In this document: one piece after another, positions 63,201 through 64,000 of the stretch
Numbering within the stretch: the first letter of the stretch is position 1
Layout of the letters: each line of letters opens with the position of its first letter
Assembly: GCA_951406725.2 (NCBI GenBank)
Contig: OX597828.1
Span: forward strand, 49,662,001 to 49,726,000
Direction: 5' to 3'
Length of the DNA stretch: 64,000 nt
Source of the DNA: Octopus vulgaris
Lineage: Eukaryota
Position numbers and translations under genes: made by a program
The notes under the pieces: generated by a model
Seen by the model: only the letters and a program-made list of their open reading frames with translations
What the model was told of the DNA's origin: nothing
Databases searched by the model: none

Positions 63201-64000
63201 CATTCAAACTTCTGATATGAAAAACAATGAGCTTGACTTTAGTCAGCCAAATTATTGATTGACTTAGTAATTCTGGTTTCATAGACTTTTTCATTGCATC
63301 CAAATAAACAGTATTCAGCAAAGTTTTAAGAAAACTGTTAACAATGTTTGACAGTAAACTTGACATATTTCAACACGATACTGACAGTGAAAGTTTCAAG
63401 TACAACCCAAAAGTAAAAAAATAATTTTATGCATAACCAGCTATAAAAATCTTGAAAAACACCCAAAACAGTTTATAAAAGAGCCAGGACCAAGAAATTT
63501 TGTTTTATATTTGTGAAAGCTCTATGGTTTAGAAAATAGCCTGGTGAAGCAGATTTCAAGGATCTGAACTTATATCCATTTGAGTGACCAGAATGAAGAG
63601 ATCTAGAAATGCAGTTAGGCCAACTTCCAATCTGATCCTATTTGGAAGTAAAAATGGTGCAATATTACAACAATAACCATCCTACTGGTCACATTTGCCT
63701 TAAATAATCAAAACAGAGAAAACTGTTTTGTCTAGAAGATGGAGCAACCTCTGGTGCTAAGGCCAAAATAAAATGCACCCAGTACATTCTGTAAAGTAAT
63801 TGGCATATGAACAGAGGTAACATAGGATAAGGAGAACTATTCAGTCTGGCTGAGGACATGACAACCTCCCTAGTGTTGATGCCACATTAAAATGTAGCAC
63901 CAGCACTTAGTAAAGTGGTTATCCATTGGCACTATCTACAACTTGTTGAGCAATTTCGTCAACACTACCTGTGCATCATCTTCGACACCCACTGGATTAA

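Noticed and set aside
63455-63520. Candidate tetraspanin exon 1 (...LFW|GT on - strand)
   Set aside because: Poor donor (GTGTTT), and the upstream translation lacks a start and the expected K-x-x-hydrophobic TM1 pattern.

Overview
AT-rich, microsatellite- and repeat-dense eukaryotic genomic DNA with spliceosomal (GT-AG) introns. The repeat landscape resembles a coleoid cephalopod (Octopus-like); that is an inference and was not checked. Two convergent multi-exon genes were reconstructed by hand. (1) A FAM172A/ARB2A orthologue on the + strand (coding exons 1628-25777, ending ...KAEL*); one of its 90-nt exons is present twice because of a 2.2-kb tandem duplication. (2) A TSPAN3-like tetraspanin on the - strand (exons 2-7, 44921-30164); exon 1 was not found in the window. 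The introns are filled with tRNA-derived SINEs, RTE, CR1 and R4/Dong LINE fragments, non-autonomous Helitrons, and piggyBac-, mariner- and 8-bp-TSD MITEs. Most notable: a fold-back element at 47689-48117 that joins a tRNA-like Pol III head to minimal Penelope-type hammerhead-ribozyme motifs; the in-frame exon duplication; an R4/Dong LINE with a twin-priming-type 5' inversion; and a 1.85-kb repeat-mediated tandem duplication with a chimeric junction element. All alignments and family calls were made by eye, with no database searches.
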